Positions 1 to 9,407 of a stretch of DNA of 64,000 bases are shown piece by piece. The notes below the pieces were generated by a model. That model had not been told where the DNA came from and made no database searches. It saw only the letters and a program-made list of their open reading frames with translations. A program made the position numbers and the translations under genes. Numbering within the stretch: position 1 is the first letter of the stretch; each line of letters opens with the position of its first letter. This DNA is from Anaerolineales bacterium (GTDB lineage: Bacteria > Chloroflexota > Anaerolineae > Anaerolineales > Villigracilaceae), in assembly GCA_034436515.1 (NCBI GenBank), contig DAOTVL010000005.1, positions 18,500-82,499 of the forward strand. The letters are read 5' to 3'.

Positions 1-1250
1 CCTTCCTGCTCGGCTTTGGCTTTTTTGGCGTCAGTGTAATTTGGGGCGTATATAACGCCTTTGTTCCCATTTTCCTTTCGGAGAGATTTGGGCTTGCGCC
101 CGCAATGGTTGGTTTTTTTATGACGCTGGACAATATCGCCGCGCTCTTCATCCAACCTTTTGCCAGCGCCTGGTCGGACAGAGTCCGCACTCCGCTGGGG
201 CGGCGCATTCCCTTTATTCTTGTCGGGGCGCCCATTAGCGCGATTGCCTTCGGGCTGATTCCGCTTGCCGCCATCCTTCCGCTCTTCGTGGCTTGCACCA
301 GCACGCTGCTCCTCAGCACCGCCATGTGGCGCACGCCTGTCATCGCGCTTATGCCCGACATCACCCCCTCTCAATTTCGCTCGCAGGCGAACGGCGTGAT
401 TAACTTCATGGGCGGCGTTGGCGCCATCGTCGCCTTGCAAACGGGCGGCATCCTCTACAAGATGAGTCCGAACTTTCCCTTTTGGCTTGGCTCTGCGCTT
501 GTCTTGCTCGCCGCGCTTGTCGTTTACCTCTTTATCGAAGAACCGAAGGAATATGAAGAGGGCGAAGCGCAGCCCGGTATCCTTGCCAGCCTGCGCGAAG
601 TCGCCGCCGACCCCGATAAAAGCGGACTTCGCATCCTCTTTGCCATCTTTTTTTGGTTCGTTGGATATTCGGCGGTGGACGCCTTTTTCACCCTCTACGC
701 CAAAAATCACCTCGGCTTGAACGAAGGCGACGGCGCGACGCTGCTCTCGGTGCTGCCTTTGTTCTTTGTTTTATTCTCCATTCCGTCGGGTCTTTTGGCG
801 GGAAGAATCGGACGCCGCCCCACCATCTCCATTGGCTTGATTACGATTTCCCTGATGCTGGTCCTGCTCTACGTCACGCCCGCTGAAACCCTTTTGACGG
901 GCATCGCCCCCCTGCCGCTGGTGGGCATTCCGCTCGAAGAAGGCGGCGCGCGGATGTTGACGCTGGCGGGGGTCTTTCTCATCGTCGCCGGCGCGGCTTG
1001 GGCGTTTGTCAACATCAATTCCCTGCCCATGGTCGTGGATTTGACCAGCGCGGCGCGCATCGGCACGTTCACGGGCTTGTATTATCTCTTTTCGACCTTT
1101 TCCGCCATCGTCGGACCCAACCTCAACGGTTGGGCGATTCAATTGATGGGCGGCGACTATAACGTCGTCATGCTTATCGCGCCCGCCTCCATGTTGGTCG
1201 CCTTATGGCTGATGCTCGGCGTCCGGCGCGGCGAGGCGGTCTCAGAATGA
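1..1250 (+). CDS. MFS transporter (5' end cut by window edge)
   Basis: The frame is open from nt 3 (FLLGFGFFGVSVIWGV...) to TGA 1248-1250. It has many hydrophobic segments. The WSDRvrTPLGRRiPF loop is typical of GPH/SLC45-like MFS carriers. Confidence 0.8.
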   Translation, partial: FLLGFGFFGVSVIWGVYNAFVPIFLSERFGLAPAMVGFFMTLDNIAALFIQPFASAWSDRVRTPLGRRIPFILVGAPISAIAFGLIPLAAILPLFVACTSTLLLSTAMWRTPVIALMPDITPSQFRSQANGVINFMGGVGAIVALQTGGILYKMSPNFPFWLGSALVLLAALVVYLFIEEPKEYEEGEAQPGILASLREVAADPDKSGLRILFAIFFWFVGYSAVDAFFTLYAKNHLGLNEGDGATLLSVLPLFFVLFSIPSGLLAGRIGRRPTISIGLITISLMLVLLYVTPAETLLTGIAPLPLVGIPLEEGGARMLTLAGVFLIVAGAAWAFVNINSLPMVVDLTSAARIGTFTGLYYLFSTFSAIVGPNLNGWAIQLMGGDYNVVMLIAPASMLVALWLMLGVRRGEAVSE

Positions 1251-2296
1251 CGGAGTCCAACGACTCCCGTCGTTGGCTGTCAAAAATCGGGAGACTTTTA
1301 ACTCCGTATTTCGCTATATTTTTTCTTTCCGCTTGCGCGCAAGCGTCAGACTGTTTTCGAGAGGAAGTTTTCTGCGCCGCGCTGGCGACGGATACGCAGG
1401 GGCTGAATGACTTTGGCTTAAATCAGGATACTTGGGCGGGGCTGCAGCAGGCGCAAGCGGATGGGATTGTCCAACGCATTGAATACATTGAATCTGTTGA
1501 CGCCCGCGATTACGAAAAGAATATCGCCTATTTTGCCGATTTGGGCTTCGATGTGATTTTCACGGTTGGCGCCGCGATGGCGGATGAAACCCTCCGCGCC
1601 GCCGGGCTTTATCCCGATTCCGTTTTTGTCGGCGTCAACCAATCTGCGCGAGAGTCCCGCGCGAATTTGGTTTCCGTGACTTTCCCTGAAGACCAAATGG
1701 GCTTCCTCGCCGGGGCGCTGGCGGCGCGCCTCTCGAAGACTCAAGCGGTTTGCGCGGTTTGCGAAACTTCAGGCGTCGCTTCGCAATGGCGCTATTGCGA
1801 AGGCTTCCGCGCCGGCGTGGGCTTTTTCAACGCCGAAAAAGGCGCAAACGTCAAGCCGCTGATTCTGTATAGAGAGGACGGCGACCGCGAAAAAATATTC
1901 GTGGACGAAGCGTGGGGGGCGAACGCCGCCGCCAGTTTAATTCAGCGCGGGGCGGATGTCCTCTTTGCGGCAGGCGGGGCGACAGGACAGGGGGCGCTGC
2001 GCGCCGCGCTCGAAGCGGGGGTCAAAGTCATTGGAACAGAGCGCGACCAGAGGGCGGCGTTAAGGGATTCAGGGACGGGAGTTGTCGCTTCCATTTTAGG
2101 AGACGCCCGTTTCGAAGTCCAACAGACGCTGCTCCTGGCGGCGGAGGGGAGCGTTCCGCAGGCGCGCCTGGGTCCCATTCGCTATATCCTGTCGGACCGC
2201 GCGCCTTCCGAATCCCTGACGCTGGAGATGGATTCCCTGCTTTTGAAACTTTGGCATGGCGAAGTTAAGACGAATGTAACCTTATCCAAGCCATGA
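1247..2296 (+). CDS. BMP-family (PnrA/Med-like) substrate-binding lipoprotein
   Basis: ATG 1247 overlaps the upstream stop (ATGA). Lipobox is FFLSAC. It is a clear paralog of the next gene (VFCaalaTD...NDfglNQdtWaGlqqAQADG / DYeKNIayFADlGfDVIfTVG). The start is uncertain because a hairpin lies at 1257-1276. Confidence 0.75.
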   Translation: MTESNDSRRWLSKIGRLLTPYFAIFFLSACAQASDCFREEVFCAALATDTQGLNDFGLNQDTWAGLQQAQADGIVQRIEYIESVDARDYEKNIAYFADLGFDVIFTVGAAMADETLRAAGLYPDSVFVGVNQSARESRANLVSVTFPEDQMGFLAGALAARLSKTQAVCAVCETSGVASQWRYCEGFRAGVGFFNAEKGANVKPLILYREDGDREKIFVDEAWGANAAASLIQRGADVLFAAGGATGQGALRAALEAGVKVIGTERDQRAALRDSGTGVVASILGDARFEVQQTLLLAAEGSVPQARLGPIRYILSDRAPSESLTLEMDSLLLKLWHGEVKTNVTLSKP

Positions 2297-2411
2297 CGAG
2301 GCGCAGGCTTGCGCAATGAAAAGAGAAGATTTATACTTACTTAAGTCATGCGGCGTCGCTGTTTTCAGCGCGCCGTAAAAATCTCTAACCTGTCATTAGG
2401 AGAAGAAAAAC

Positions 2412-3482
2412 ATGAAGAAGCTCTATTTTGTGATGGCGCTGTTGCTTGTCGCTTCCATGGTCCTTGCGGCGTGTGGCGGCGGCGCGCCCAGCGAAGCCGA
2501 CTGCTCCAAGGACACCGTGTTCTGCGTGGGTCTGGTGACCGACGTGGGCAAGGTCAACGATAAGTCCTTCAACCAATCCGCCTGGGAAGGCGTGCAGAAG
2601 GCTCAGGCTGACGGCAACGCCGATGTCATTCAATTCATTGAGACCGCCGACGCCAAAGATTACGCCAAAAATATTTCGACCTTCGCCGACGCCGGCTACG
2701 ATGTCATCGTGACCGTTGGGTTTGGTCTTGGCGAAGCCACCGCCGCCGCCGCCCTTCAATATCCCAACATCAAATTCATCGGCGTTGACCAGTTCCAGGA
2801 ATGGCCCTTCACCGAAGACACCGCCGACGATATCGCCAATTTGACCGGTTTGAACTTCCCTGAAGACAACGCCGGCTTCCTGGTTGGCGCGCTCGCCGCG
2901 ATGATGTCCAAGAGCCATGTCATCGGCGCCGTCTGCGGCACCGACGTAGTTCCCCCCGTTTGGCGCTTTGGCGAGGGCTACAAGGCTGGCGCCGCCTATG
3001 CGGACAGCATGATGGGCACCTCCACCGAAGTCCAGGTGGTCTATCACAGCGATGTCGGCTTTGACAAGACCTTCACCGACCCCGAATGGGGCGCGCAGAC
3101 CGCGAAAGCCATGATGGATAAAGGCGCAGACGCCATCTTCGGCTGCGGCGGCTTGACCGGCAACGGCGCGATTACCGCCGCCGCTCAGGCGGGCAAATAC
3201 GCCATTGGCGTGGACGCCGACCAATACCTGACCCTGCCCGAAGCCGCTCCCCGTATGCTCTCCAGCGCGATGAAACTCATCACCCCCGGCGTTGCCGAAC
3301 TGATTGGTCTCGCCAAGCAGGGCAAGATTGAGGCTGGAAACTTCCTCGGCGACGCAGGCTACGCCCCGTACCACGACCTGGACAGCGAAGTCCCCGCCAG
3401 CGTCAAGGAAGCCATGGAGAAAATTAACAAAGGCTTGCTCGACGGTTCCATCCAAACCGGCGTTTCTCCCACCAAGCCTTAG
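2412..3482 (+). CDS. BMP-family substrate-binding lipoprotein
   Basis: A GGAG-type RBS (ttaggagaag) precedes the ATG. Signal peptide with lipobox is LAACGG. BMP/PnrA-like motifs are present (VTDVGKVNDKSFNQSAWEG, AIGVDADQ). Confidence 0.85.
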   Translation: MKKLYFVMALLLVASMVLAACGGGAPSEADCSKDTVFCVGLVTDVGKVNDKSFNQSAWEGVQKAQADGNADVIQFIETADAKDYAKNISTFADAGYDVIVTVGFGLGEATAAAALQYPNIKFIGVDQFQEWPFTEDTADDIANLTGLNFPEDNAGFLVGALAAMMSKSHVIGAVCGTDVVPPVWRFGEGYKAGAAYADSMMGTSTEVQVVYHSDVGFDKTFTDPEWGAQTAKAMMDKGADAIFGCGGLTGNGAITAAAQAGKYAIGVDADQYLTLPEAAPRMLSSAMKLITPGVAELIGLAKQGKIEAGNFLGDAGYAPYHDLDSEVPASVKEAMEKINKGLLDGSIQTGVSPTKP

Positions 3483-3504
3483 TTCTTTCTTTGGTAACTC
3501 GAAA

Positions 3505-3540
3505 GGGAAGGAGGCTCCGCCCTCTTTCCCTTTTTGTTTT
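3505..3540 (+). terminator. Intrinsic terminator after the BMP gene
   Basis: 10-bp stem GGGAAGGAGG/CCTCTTTCCC (one G-U pair), loop ctccgc, followed by TTTTTGTTTT. Confidence 0.7.
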
Positions 3541-3595
3541 GCTATTCGCCGCGCATGGTAAGATAAAGGCATCTTCGCTTTGGAGGTTTTTCGAT

Positions 3596-4492
3596 ATGCG
3601 TAAGCGTTTCCTGGCTTTGATTCTGGCTGCGCTGCTGGGGCTTCCTTCCCCCGCCTGGGGACAGGGAGCAGCCAAGATTGAATCCGTCACGGTAAGCCTG
3701 TGGCCCGAATACGATAAACCGAATATGCTGGTCATTCATTACATCCTGCTTTCTTCGGAAACTCAATTGCCCGCCCGCGTGGACATTCGCATTGCGGCGG
3801 ACGCGGCGCTGCATACCGTCGCTGTCGGGGCGACCGCCGAGACCGTAAGCGACCAGGGCGTGGATTATCAGGTGAAAATTGAAAGCGGCTGGCAGGTGGT
3901 CTCAATTAATGCGGACGGTCCGGCGATACAATTGGAGTATTACGACCCCAACTTGAAAAAGGAAGGCGAGCGTCGTTCTTATTCCTTTGGCTGGCTGAGC
4001 GATTACGACGTGGCGAATTTTGGAGTGCTATTTCAGCAGCCCTTTGACGCCTCGCAGTTTTCCGCTTCCCTTCCTTTGCGGGAGGACGGCGTTCATTCCG
4101 ATAAACTGCAATATTACTTCTCCGAAGTCGGCGCCGTGCCGGCGGGGGAGGCTCTGACTTTTACCTTAAGCTACGTCAAACCAACCGACGCTTTAAGCGT
4201 TTCGCGCCTTCAGTTTCAACCGGTGGAGGTGGACGAAAGCGCCGCCGGGCGCGTCTCGCTGAACAATTATCTGCCCTACCTTATCGGCGCGTTGGGCGTT
4301 CTCTTGATTGTTGGCGGGCTGTTGTATTATCGGCAGCCGGGACACGCCGCATCGAAAAAAACGCGTCGCCGCCATACGGAACGCGAAGACGGCGGAAGCG
4401 GCTTGTACTGCTCTCAATGCGGCGCGCGCGCTCGCAGCGGAGACCGCTTTTGCCGCACCTGCGGTTCGCGTCTGCGACAGGCGGAAGAATAG
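3596..4492 (+). CDS. Hypothetical bitopic protein: signal peptide, extracytoplasmic domain, one C-terminal TM helix, cytoplasmic zinc-ribbon tail
   Basis: ATG 3596 (MRKRFLALILAALLGLPSPAWGQG) lies downstream of the terminator, so the 3491 start is rejected. TM helix is YLIGALGVLLIVGGLLYY. C-terminal motif is CSQCGARARSGDRFCRTCG (CxxC-x10-CxxC). Confidence 0.6.
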   Translation: MRKRFLALILAALLGLPSPAWGQGAAKIESVTVSLWPEYDKPNMLVIHYILLSSETQLPARVDIRIAADAALHTVAVGATAETVSDQGVDYQVKIESGWQVVSINADGPAIQLEYYDPNLKKEGERRSYSFGWLSDYDVANFGVLFQQPFDASQFSASLPLREDGVHSDKLQYYFSEVGAVPAGEALTFTLSYVKPTDALSVSRLQFQPVEVDESAAGRVSLNNYLPYLIGALGVLLIVGGLLYYRQPGHAASKKTRRRHTEREDGGSGLYCSQCGARARSGDRFCRTCGSRLRQAEE

Positions 4493-4495
4493 GAA

Positions 4496-5221
4496 ATGAA
4501 GGAACTCCTCTATTCCCGCAACGCCGTCTACGAAGCCCTCAGCGCAAAGCGCAGGCAAATCTTTTCGATTGAAATCGCCGAGGGGGCGCGGGAAAAAGGC
4601 AAACTGACCGAAATCCTCAAACTGGCGCAGGCGCGGAAAATTAAAGTCAGCCGCGTTCCACGCCCTAAACTCGACAGGATTTGCCAGAACCATCAGGGCG
4701 TTGTCGCCGAAGTCGGCGAATACCCTTACGCGGACTTGACCGACATTCTCGACAACGCCAAAGGCGAGCCGCCCTTCGTGTTGACGCTCGACTCGCTGCA
4801 AGACCCGCAGAACTTCGGGACGCTCCTCCGCACAGCGGAGGCGGTCGGCGCGCATGGCGTCGTCATTCCGCTGGCGCGCGCGGTGCAGGTGACGCCCGCC
4901 GTCGTCAACGCCTCGTCAGGAGCAAGCGAACACATGCTCATCGCGCAGGCGAATCTCTCGCAGACGATTGATGCGCTCAAGGCGGAGGGCGTATGGGTGG
5001 TCGGCTTGGACCAGGCTGGGGCGGAGATTCAACCTGGGTCGCGTCATCTCAAAGGCGCGCTGGCGCTCGTCGTCGGCTCCGAAGGCGAAGGTCTGCATGA
5101 ACTCACCCGCAAGAAATGCGACATCGTTTTGAAACTTCCCATGAAGGGAAAAGTCGAATCGTTGAACGCCGCCGTTGCGGGGTCGGTGGCTTTGTATCTT
5201 GCATATTTGAATCGCATGTAG
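4496..5221 (+). CDS. rlmB: 23S rRNA (guanosine-2'-O)-methyltransferase, SpoU/TrmH family
   Basis: Size fits and SpoU motifs are present: LDsLQDPQNFGTLLRTAEAvGahGV, LVVGSEGEGL, ESLNAAVAGSVALY. Confidence 0.8.
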   Translation: MKELLYSRNAVYEALSAKRRQIFSIEIAEGAREKGKLTEILKLAQARKIKVSRVPRPKLDRICQNHQGVVAEVGEYPYADLTDILDNAKGEPPFVLTLDSLQDPQNFGTLLRTAEAVGAHGVVIPLARAVQVTPAVVNASSGASEHMLIAQANLSQTIDALKAEGVWVVGLDQAGAEIQPGSRHLKGALALVVGSEGEGLHELTRKKCDIVLKLPMKGKVESLNAAVAGSVALYLAYLNRM

Positions 5222-5262
5222 GGCGAAGCAACGCTTCGCCTCTACAGTTAACGGAGAACATC

Positions 5263-6597
5263 ATGCCAAGCGCAACCTATCATTTTCCAAAGGGATTTTT
5301 GTGGGGGACGGCAACCGCCGCTCATCAAGTGGAAGGAAACAACGTCAACAACAATTGGTGGAAGTGGGAACAGGAAGGACACACGAACGGGTCTGCCGCT
5401 GTCGCCGCCGATTGGTGGGGCGGACGCTGGCGCGAGGACTTCGACCGCGCCGCCGAAACGGGGCAGAACGCCCACCGTCTCTCGGTCGAGTGGAGCCGCA
5501 TTCAGCCGACGCCCGACGCTTGGGACGAGGAAGCCATCGAAAAATATCGCGCCATGCTGCGGGGATTGAAAGAACGCGGCTTGACTCCGATGGTGACATT
5601 GCACCATTTCACCGACCCGCTCTGGCTGGCGGATATGGGAGGCTGGGAGACCGAAGCGGCGGTTCCCGTCTTCGAAAAGTTTGTCCGCAAGACGGTGGAT
5701 GCGCTGAAAGAATATTGCTCGCTGTGGTGTACGCTCAATGAGCCGACGGGCTACGCGCTGAACGGATACATTGCGGGCAACAAAGACTCCTTCCCGCCCG
5801 GAAAGAACGACCTGAAACTGGCAATGCAGGTGCAGGCGAATTTAATTCGCGGACACGCCGCAGCCTACCGCGCCATTCATTTGCTGCAACCCGAAGCGCG
5901 GGTGGGCTTCGCCCACCACTACCGTTCGATTGCCCCTCACCGCGCCTGGTCGCCGCTCGACAGGTGGGCGGCAAACAACTTCTTCAGCGGAATCAATCTC
6001 GGCTTTGCTTCCGCCCTGGCTGACGGCGTGATGAAGTCGCCCATCGGCTCGGTGCGGATTCCCGAAGCCAAAGGAACGCAGGATTATTTCGGTTTCAACT
6101 ACTATACGCGGGAATATGTGACCTTTGATTTGACCAAACCCGGCACGCTCTTCGGGCGCAACTTTTACCGCAAAGACGCCGAATTGAGCGATTACGGCTT
6201 CCTCGCCGTTGAACCCGACGGTATGTTTGAGGGGCTGAAGTGGGTTGCGCGGATGTTCCCCAACCTGCCGATTATCGTCACCGAAAACGGCGTCAACTCG
6301 GCGGACGATTCTCTCCGTCCGCGCTACACGGCGCTGCACATCCACCAAATGTGGCGCGCGGTCAACCTCAACTACCCGATTAAGGGTTACTTTCACTGGT
6401 CGCTGGTGGACAACTTCGAATGGGACCTGGGCTGGACTCACCGCTTCGGCTTGTGGGGACTCGACCTCGACACCCAAAAGCGCATCCGCCGTCCCAGCGT
6501 GGATTTCTACGCCGAGATTTGCAAAGAGAACGGTTTGTCGTCCGAGACGGTGCGGAAATATTGTCCGGAAGCGTTTGAACGGATTTTTCCGTCATAA
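5263..6597 (+). CDS. Glycoside hydrolase family 1 beta-glucosidase
   Basis: RBS acggag lies before ATG 5263. N-terminus is FPKGFLWGTATAAHQVEG. TLNEP (acid/base Glu) and ITENG (nucleophile Glu) are present. The upstream extension to 5116 is rejected because it overlaps rlmB. Confidence 0.9.
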   Translation: MPSATYHFPKGFLWGTATAAHQVEGNNVNNNWWKWEQEGHTNGSAAVAADWWGGRWREDFDRAAETGQNAHRLSVEWSRIQPTPDAWDEEAIEKYRAMLRGLKERGLTPMVTLHHFTDPLWLADMGGWETEAAVPVFEKFVRKTVDALKEYCSLWCTLNEPTGYALNGYIAGNKDSFPPGKNDLKLAMQVQANLIRGHAAAYRAIHLLQPEARVGFAHHYRSIAPHRAWSPLDRWAANNFFSGINLGFASALADGVMKSPIGSVRIPEAKGTQDYFGFNYYTREYVTFDLTKPGTLFGRNFYRKDAELSDYGFLAVEPDGMFEGLKWVARMFPNLPIIVTENGVNSADDSLRPRYTALHIHQMWRAVNLNYPIKGYFHWSLVDNFEWDLGWTHRFGLWGLDLDTQKRIRRPSVDFYAEICKENGLSSETVRKYCPEAFERIFPS

Positions 6598-6601
6598 ATA
6601 A

Positions 6602-6618
6602 CGGAGTTGAAGACTCCG
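6602..6618. terminator. Short hairpin between convergent genes
   Basis: CGGAGT-tgaag-ACTCCG sits exactly between the GH1 stop (6597) and the binding-protein stop (6620). There is no clear U-tract. Confidence 0.4.
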
Positions 6619-6619
6619 C

Positions 6620-8056
6620 CTATTGTTCATTAGGGACGTCGAACCGCTCGCTCAGGCTTGACGCGATGCTCTCCATTTGCGCCAGGATGGCGGGGACTTG
6701 CCCGCTGGGAACGTTGACGCGATACATGTGGGCGAAGCCGTCGCCGATGACGGTTTTTACCTGCCGCCAGGACGCCAGTTGAGGTTGAATCTCGCCCTGG
6801 GGCAGAAGTTCAATGGCTTGCTCCCATTGCGGGTGCGTTTTAGCGTAACTGCCAAGCAGTTTCATGCTGGAGGCGCGAATTGGGAAGAGATGAGTCGCCT
6901 CCGCCATCCGCGCGTCCTGTTCGTTTTCCAACATCCACCGCGCAAAGAGCCAAGCCGCCAATTTGTTCTGCGGCGTCGAAGCCAAAATCACATAGGATGA
7001 GCCGTACACCACAAGGGCGTCCTCGTTTTCTCCGGGGAAGGGCAGCGCCTTCCATACGTCCGTGTTTTGCGCTGCGGCAAAGGCGCGCGCGGCGGCGGGC
7101 AGGTCTTCAAGGCTGGCGGCGACGAACAACGCCCTGCGGTTTGCAAAGGCTTCGAGAGGGTCCGTTCCAGCCGCCTGCCAGGCGCAAAGAGATTCCGAGA
7201 GCTCGCGCAGAAAGCGCAGCGCCTTGATGTTGTTTGGGGTGAGGAAGCGATAGCCGCCGCCGTCCAGCGCTCCGCCCTCAAAGGCGAGCAGCCAGGCGTA
7301 AGCGGTCATGGGGTTGGCGTCCACATACCAGCCGCCCATAAAATCGTTCTGCGGCGCGTCGTCTTTCAACATGGCTTGCTGCGCGCGGCACGACTGCTGT
7401 TTGAAGTCGGCGGGCGTATCCGGTGGGGAAGCGAAGCCGATTTCTTCCGCCCAGGTTTGATTCCATAACAAAAGGCGCGCTGTGCGCTGGGCGGGAATTC
7501 CAAGCCGCCTGCCCCCGTAGTTATCCTGATTCAAGAAGACAACGGGGATGTCTTTCAGTTCCAGCCCGTACAGCGGGTCTTGCGCGTAAGGGTTTAAGTC
7601 CGTCACTACGCCGCTCTTGTCCCAGTCTAAAGCGTGCTCCGGCAGGGCAATCACCAGGTCGGGTCTATCGGCGGTGGGTAGAGCGGCGGCGGTGTTTTCA
7701 TATAGATTGGTGAAGTTGACTTGGCTTTCTACAACCACGCGCACGCCCCATTCGTTCTTTTCGTTGAATTCGGAGACCAGAGTCCCAAACCGGCTGGCTT
7801 CCACCCCGTACCACGGATGCCAGACCTTGACTTCGATTCCCTTCAACGACTCCGCTTCGACCCCAAGGTTGGAAACCGCTTTCTTGACGGGCGGCTCAGC
7901 GGTTCGGACGGACGCCGGCGTTTGCGGCGCAGATTCGGAACTGGGGGAGGGCGGCGCGGCGGGCGGCTCTGGCGTTATTTTTCCGCAAGCCGAAAGGAAG
8001 GCTGCGGCAAGAAAAAAGAGGAAAAAGATTTTTTTTATAGCGCGTTTCATGGTCAC
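6620..8056 (-). CDS. ABC transporter extracellular solute-binding protein (family 1, sugar type), lipoprotein
   Basis: Signal peptide with lipobox FLSACGK, followed by a Pro/Ser-rich linker. Length and overall pattern fit family-1 SBPs. Confidence 0.75.
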   Translation of the reverse strand: MTMKRAIKKIFFLFFLAAAFLSACGKITPEPPAAPPSPSSESAPQTPASVRTAEPPVKKAVSNLGVEAESLKGIEVKVWHPWYGVEASRFGTLVSEFNEKNEWGVRVVVESQVNFTNLYENTAAALPTADRPDLVIALPEHALDWDKSGVVTDLNPYAQDPLYGLELKDIPVVFLNQDNYGGRRLGIPAQRTARLLLWNQTWAEEIGFASPPDTPADFKQQSCRAQQAMLKDDAPQNDFMGGWYVDANPMTAYAWLLAFEGGALDGGGYRFLTPNNIKALRFLRELSESLCAWQAAGTDPLEAFANRRALFVAASLEDLPAAARAFAAAQNTDVWKALPFPGENEDALVVYGSSYVILASTPQNKLAAWLFARWMLENEQDARMAEATHLFPIRASSMKLLGSYAKTHPQWEQAIELLPQGEIQPQLASWRQVKTVIGDGFAHMYRVNVPSGQVPAILAQMESIASSLSERFDVPNEQ

Positions 8057-9252
8057 AACGTTGTGAATGGGACGGGCATAAAAACCAAAAGAAAGACCAG
8101 CGCCATCAAAAGGGCTGTCAGCCGGCGCGGCGGGTCAAGCGGCGTAATCTGGTCAAGCGGTTCAGCGTTGACCCGTCCCAGCCAGAAAAGCATGACCGCC
8201 CACAGCCACCAGCCGCTCCAAAAAATTCCCAAAACCGCCAGCAAGCCGATGAGGAAGGGAAAGGCTTTTTTCGCCTTTTCGCCAAAGACGGCATAGACGA
8301 CATGTCCGCCGTCTAGGGTGCCGGCGGGGAGGAGGTTAAGCGCTGTGACGAGCAGCCCAGCCCAACCCGCAAAGGCGACGGGGTGAATGAAAACGTCCAG
8401 CCCGCCGACCGGTACGGGGCGTCCGGTGAAAAAATAGCGCAGCCAGTATAAAATCCCTTGCGGTTCGGGAGGCGCGGGAAGCAGTCGCCCAAAGGCGGCG
8501 TACTTTGCGAAAAGGTAAAGCAAGGAATTGCCTTCCAGAAAGACCGCCGGGTTTGCCTCAATCGTATTCAGCGTCGAAAGCCTCAACCCCAAAAACAGGA
8601 CTGGCAGCGCAACCGCAAGCCCGGCAAGCGGTCCCGCCACGCCAATATCGAACAACACCCGCTTATTCTTTGGGGTGGCGCGCATGAGAATCGCCGCGCC
8701 CATCGTCCCCAGCGGACTGAACGGAAAGGGAATGAAGTAGGGCAGGGTGGCGGGCGTTTTGTGGTGGCGGCTCATGAAGTAGTGACCCAGTTCGTGCGCC
8801 AGCAGGATGCCAAGCAGGCTTACGGCAAAGGGCCAGCCGCTGAAAATGTTTTTGAGCATGAGCAAAATCTGTCCCGCCGCGTCTTCCGGTATCGGTCCTT
8901 CGATTTGCGCCCCCGCCAGCATCACGCTGAAGACCGTCAGCAGGAAGAGAATGAAATTGGTTGAGACCCGTTCCCGCTTTGGGGCTGCCGGCTTTGGCGC
9001 AAGATAGACCGTGTGCCGCCCGTCTTCCATGCGGAAAAGGGGAATTAGAAGATACGGAGCGAGGGCGTCTGCAAGACGGTCGTAATGTTCGGCGGAATCG
9101 CCTTCCACTAATTGACCGCGATAGCGCGCAAGGTATCCTTTTTGCGGGTCTCCGCTGGTTACGTCTTCAATGCGAAGAACCCGCGCGACCTGTCTCGTTA
9201 ACTCTTCAATTTCTGGGTTTGACATGGGAACGCCTTTTGAGAGTTGAATCAT
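8053..9252 (-). CDS. Site-2 protease family (M50) membrane metalloprotease
   Basis: HELGHY zinc motif sits in a TM helix of a polytopic protein. The start is taken as ATG 9252 (MIQLSK...); ATG 9225 (MSNPEIEEL) is also possible. The ORF-track start 9384 would run through the tRNA-Sec gene. Confidence 0.75.
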   Translation of the reverse strand: MIQLSKGVPMSNPEIEELTRQVARVLRIEDVTSGDPQKGYLARYRGQLVEGDSAEHYDRLADALAPYLLIPLFRMEDGRHTVYLAPKPAAPKRERVSTNFILFLLTVFSVMLAGAQIEGPIPEDAAGQILLMLKNIFSGWPFAVSLLGILLAHELGHYFMSRHHKTPATLPYFIPFPFSPLGTMGAAILMRATPKNKRVLFDIGVAGPLAGLAVALPVLFLGLRLSTLNTIEANPAVFLEGNSLLYLFAKYAAFGRLLPAPPEPQGILYWLRYFFTGRPVPVGGLDVFIHPVAFAGWAGLLVTALNLLPAGTLDGGHVVYAVFGEKAKKAFPFLIGLLAVLGIFWSGWWLWAVMLFWLGRVNAEPLDQITPLDPPRRLTALLMALVFLLVFMPVPFTTL

Positions 9253-9307
9253 GGAGACTGGACGATGAAAAATGGAGCGCGTCCATCGTTCATCGTCCAG
9301 AAAGCAG

Positions 9308-9401
9308 GCGGGAGTGGATGGGAGACGAACCCACCGCGGCTCGCAACGCGACCCGCCACTGGTGTTGAAGACCAGGAAGCCCACCGGGACCTAACCACTC
9401 C
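9308..9401 (-). tRNA. selC: tRNA-Sec (anticodon TCA)
   Basis: Hand fold, 94 nt. 8-bp acceptor GGGAGTGG/CCACTCCC. 6-bp D stem AGGTCC/GGGCTT with 4-nt loop CGGT. Anticodon stem CTGGT/ACCAG with loop CTTCAAC. Long variable arm GCGGgTCGC-gtt-GCGAgCCGC. T arm GTGGG-TTCGTCT-CCCAT. Discriminator G; CCA is not encoded. This is the same 8/5 architecture and the same D-loop and anticodon-loop pattern as E. coli selC. Confidence 0.9.
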
Positions 9402-9407
9402 CGCTTT

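Noticed and set aside
2385-3572. 395-aa minus-strand ORF opposite the second BMP gene
   Set aside because: It is Gly/Ala/Val-rich antisense shadow. The plus strand carries a lipoprotein signal and BMP motifs, with an RBS and a terminator.
3491-3595. N-terminal extensions offered by the ORF track (3491, 5116, 9384, 27344, 29457, 36458, 50193, 57108, 58910)
   Set aside because: Each extension overlaps the preceding gene, a terminator or a tRNA. Each also lacks an RBS, whereas an internal ATG/TTG with an RBS and a sensible N-terminus (signal peptide or conserved start) exists.
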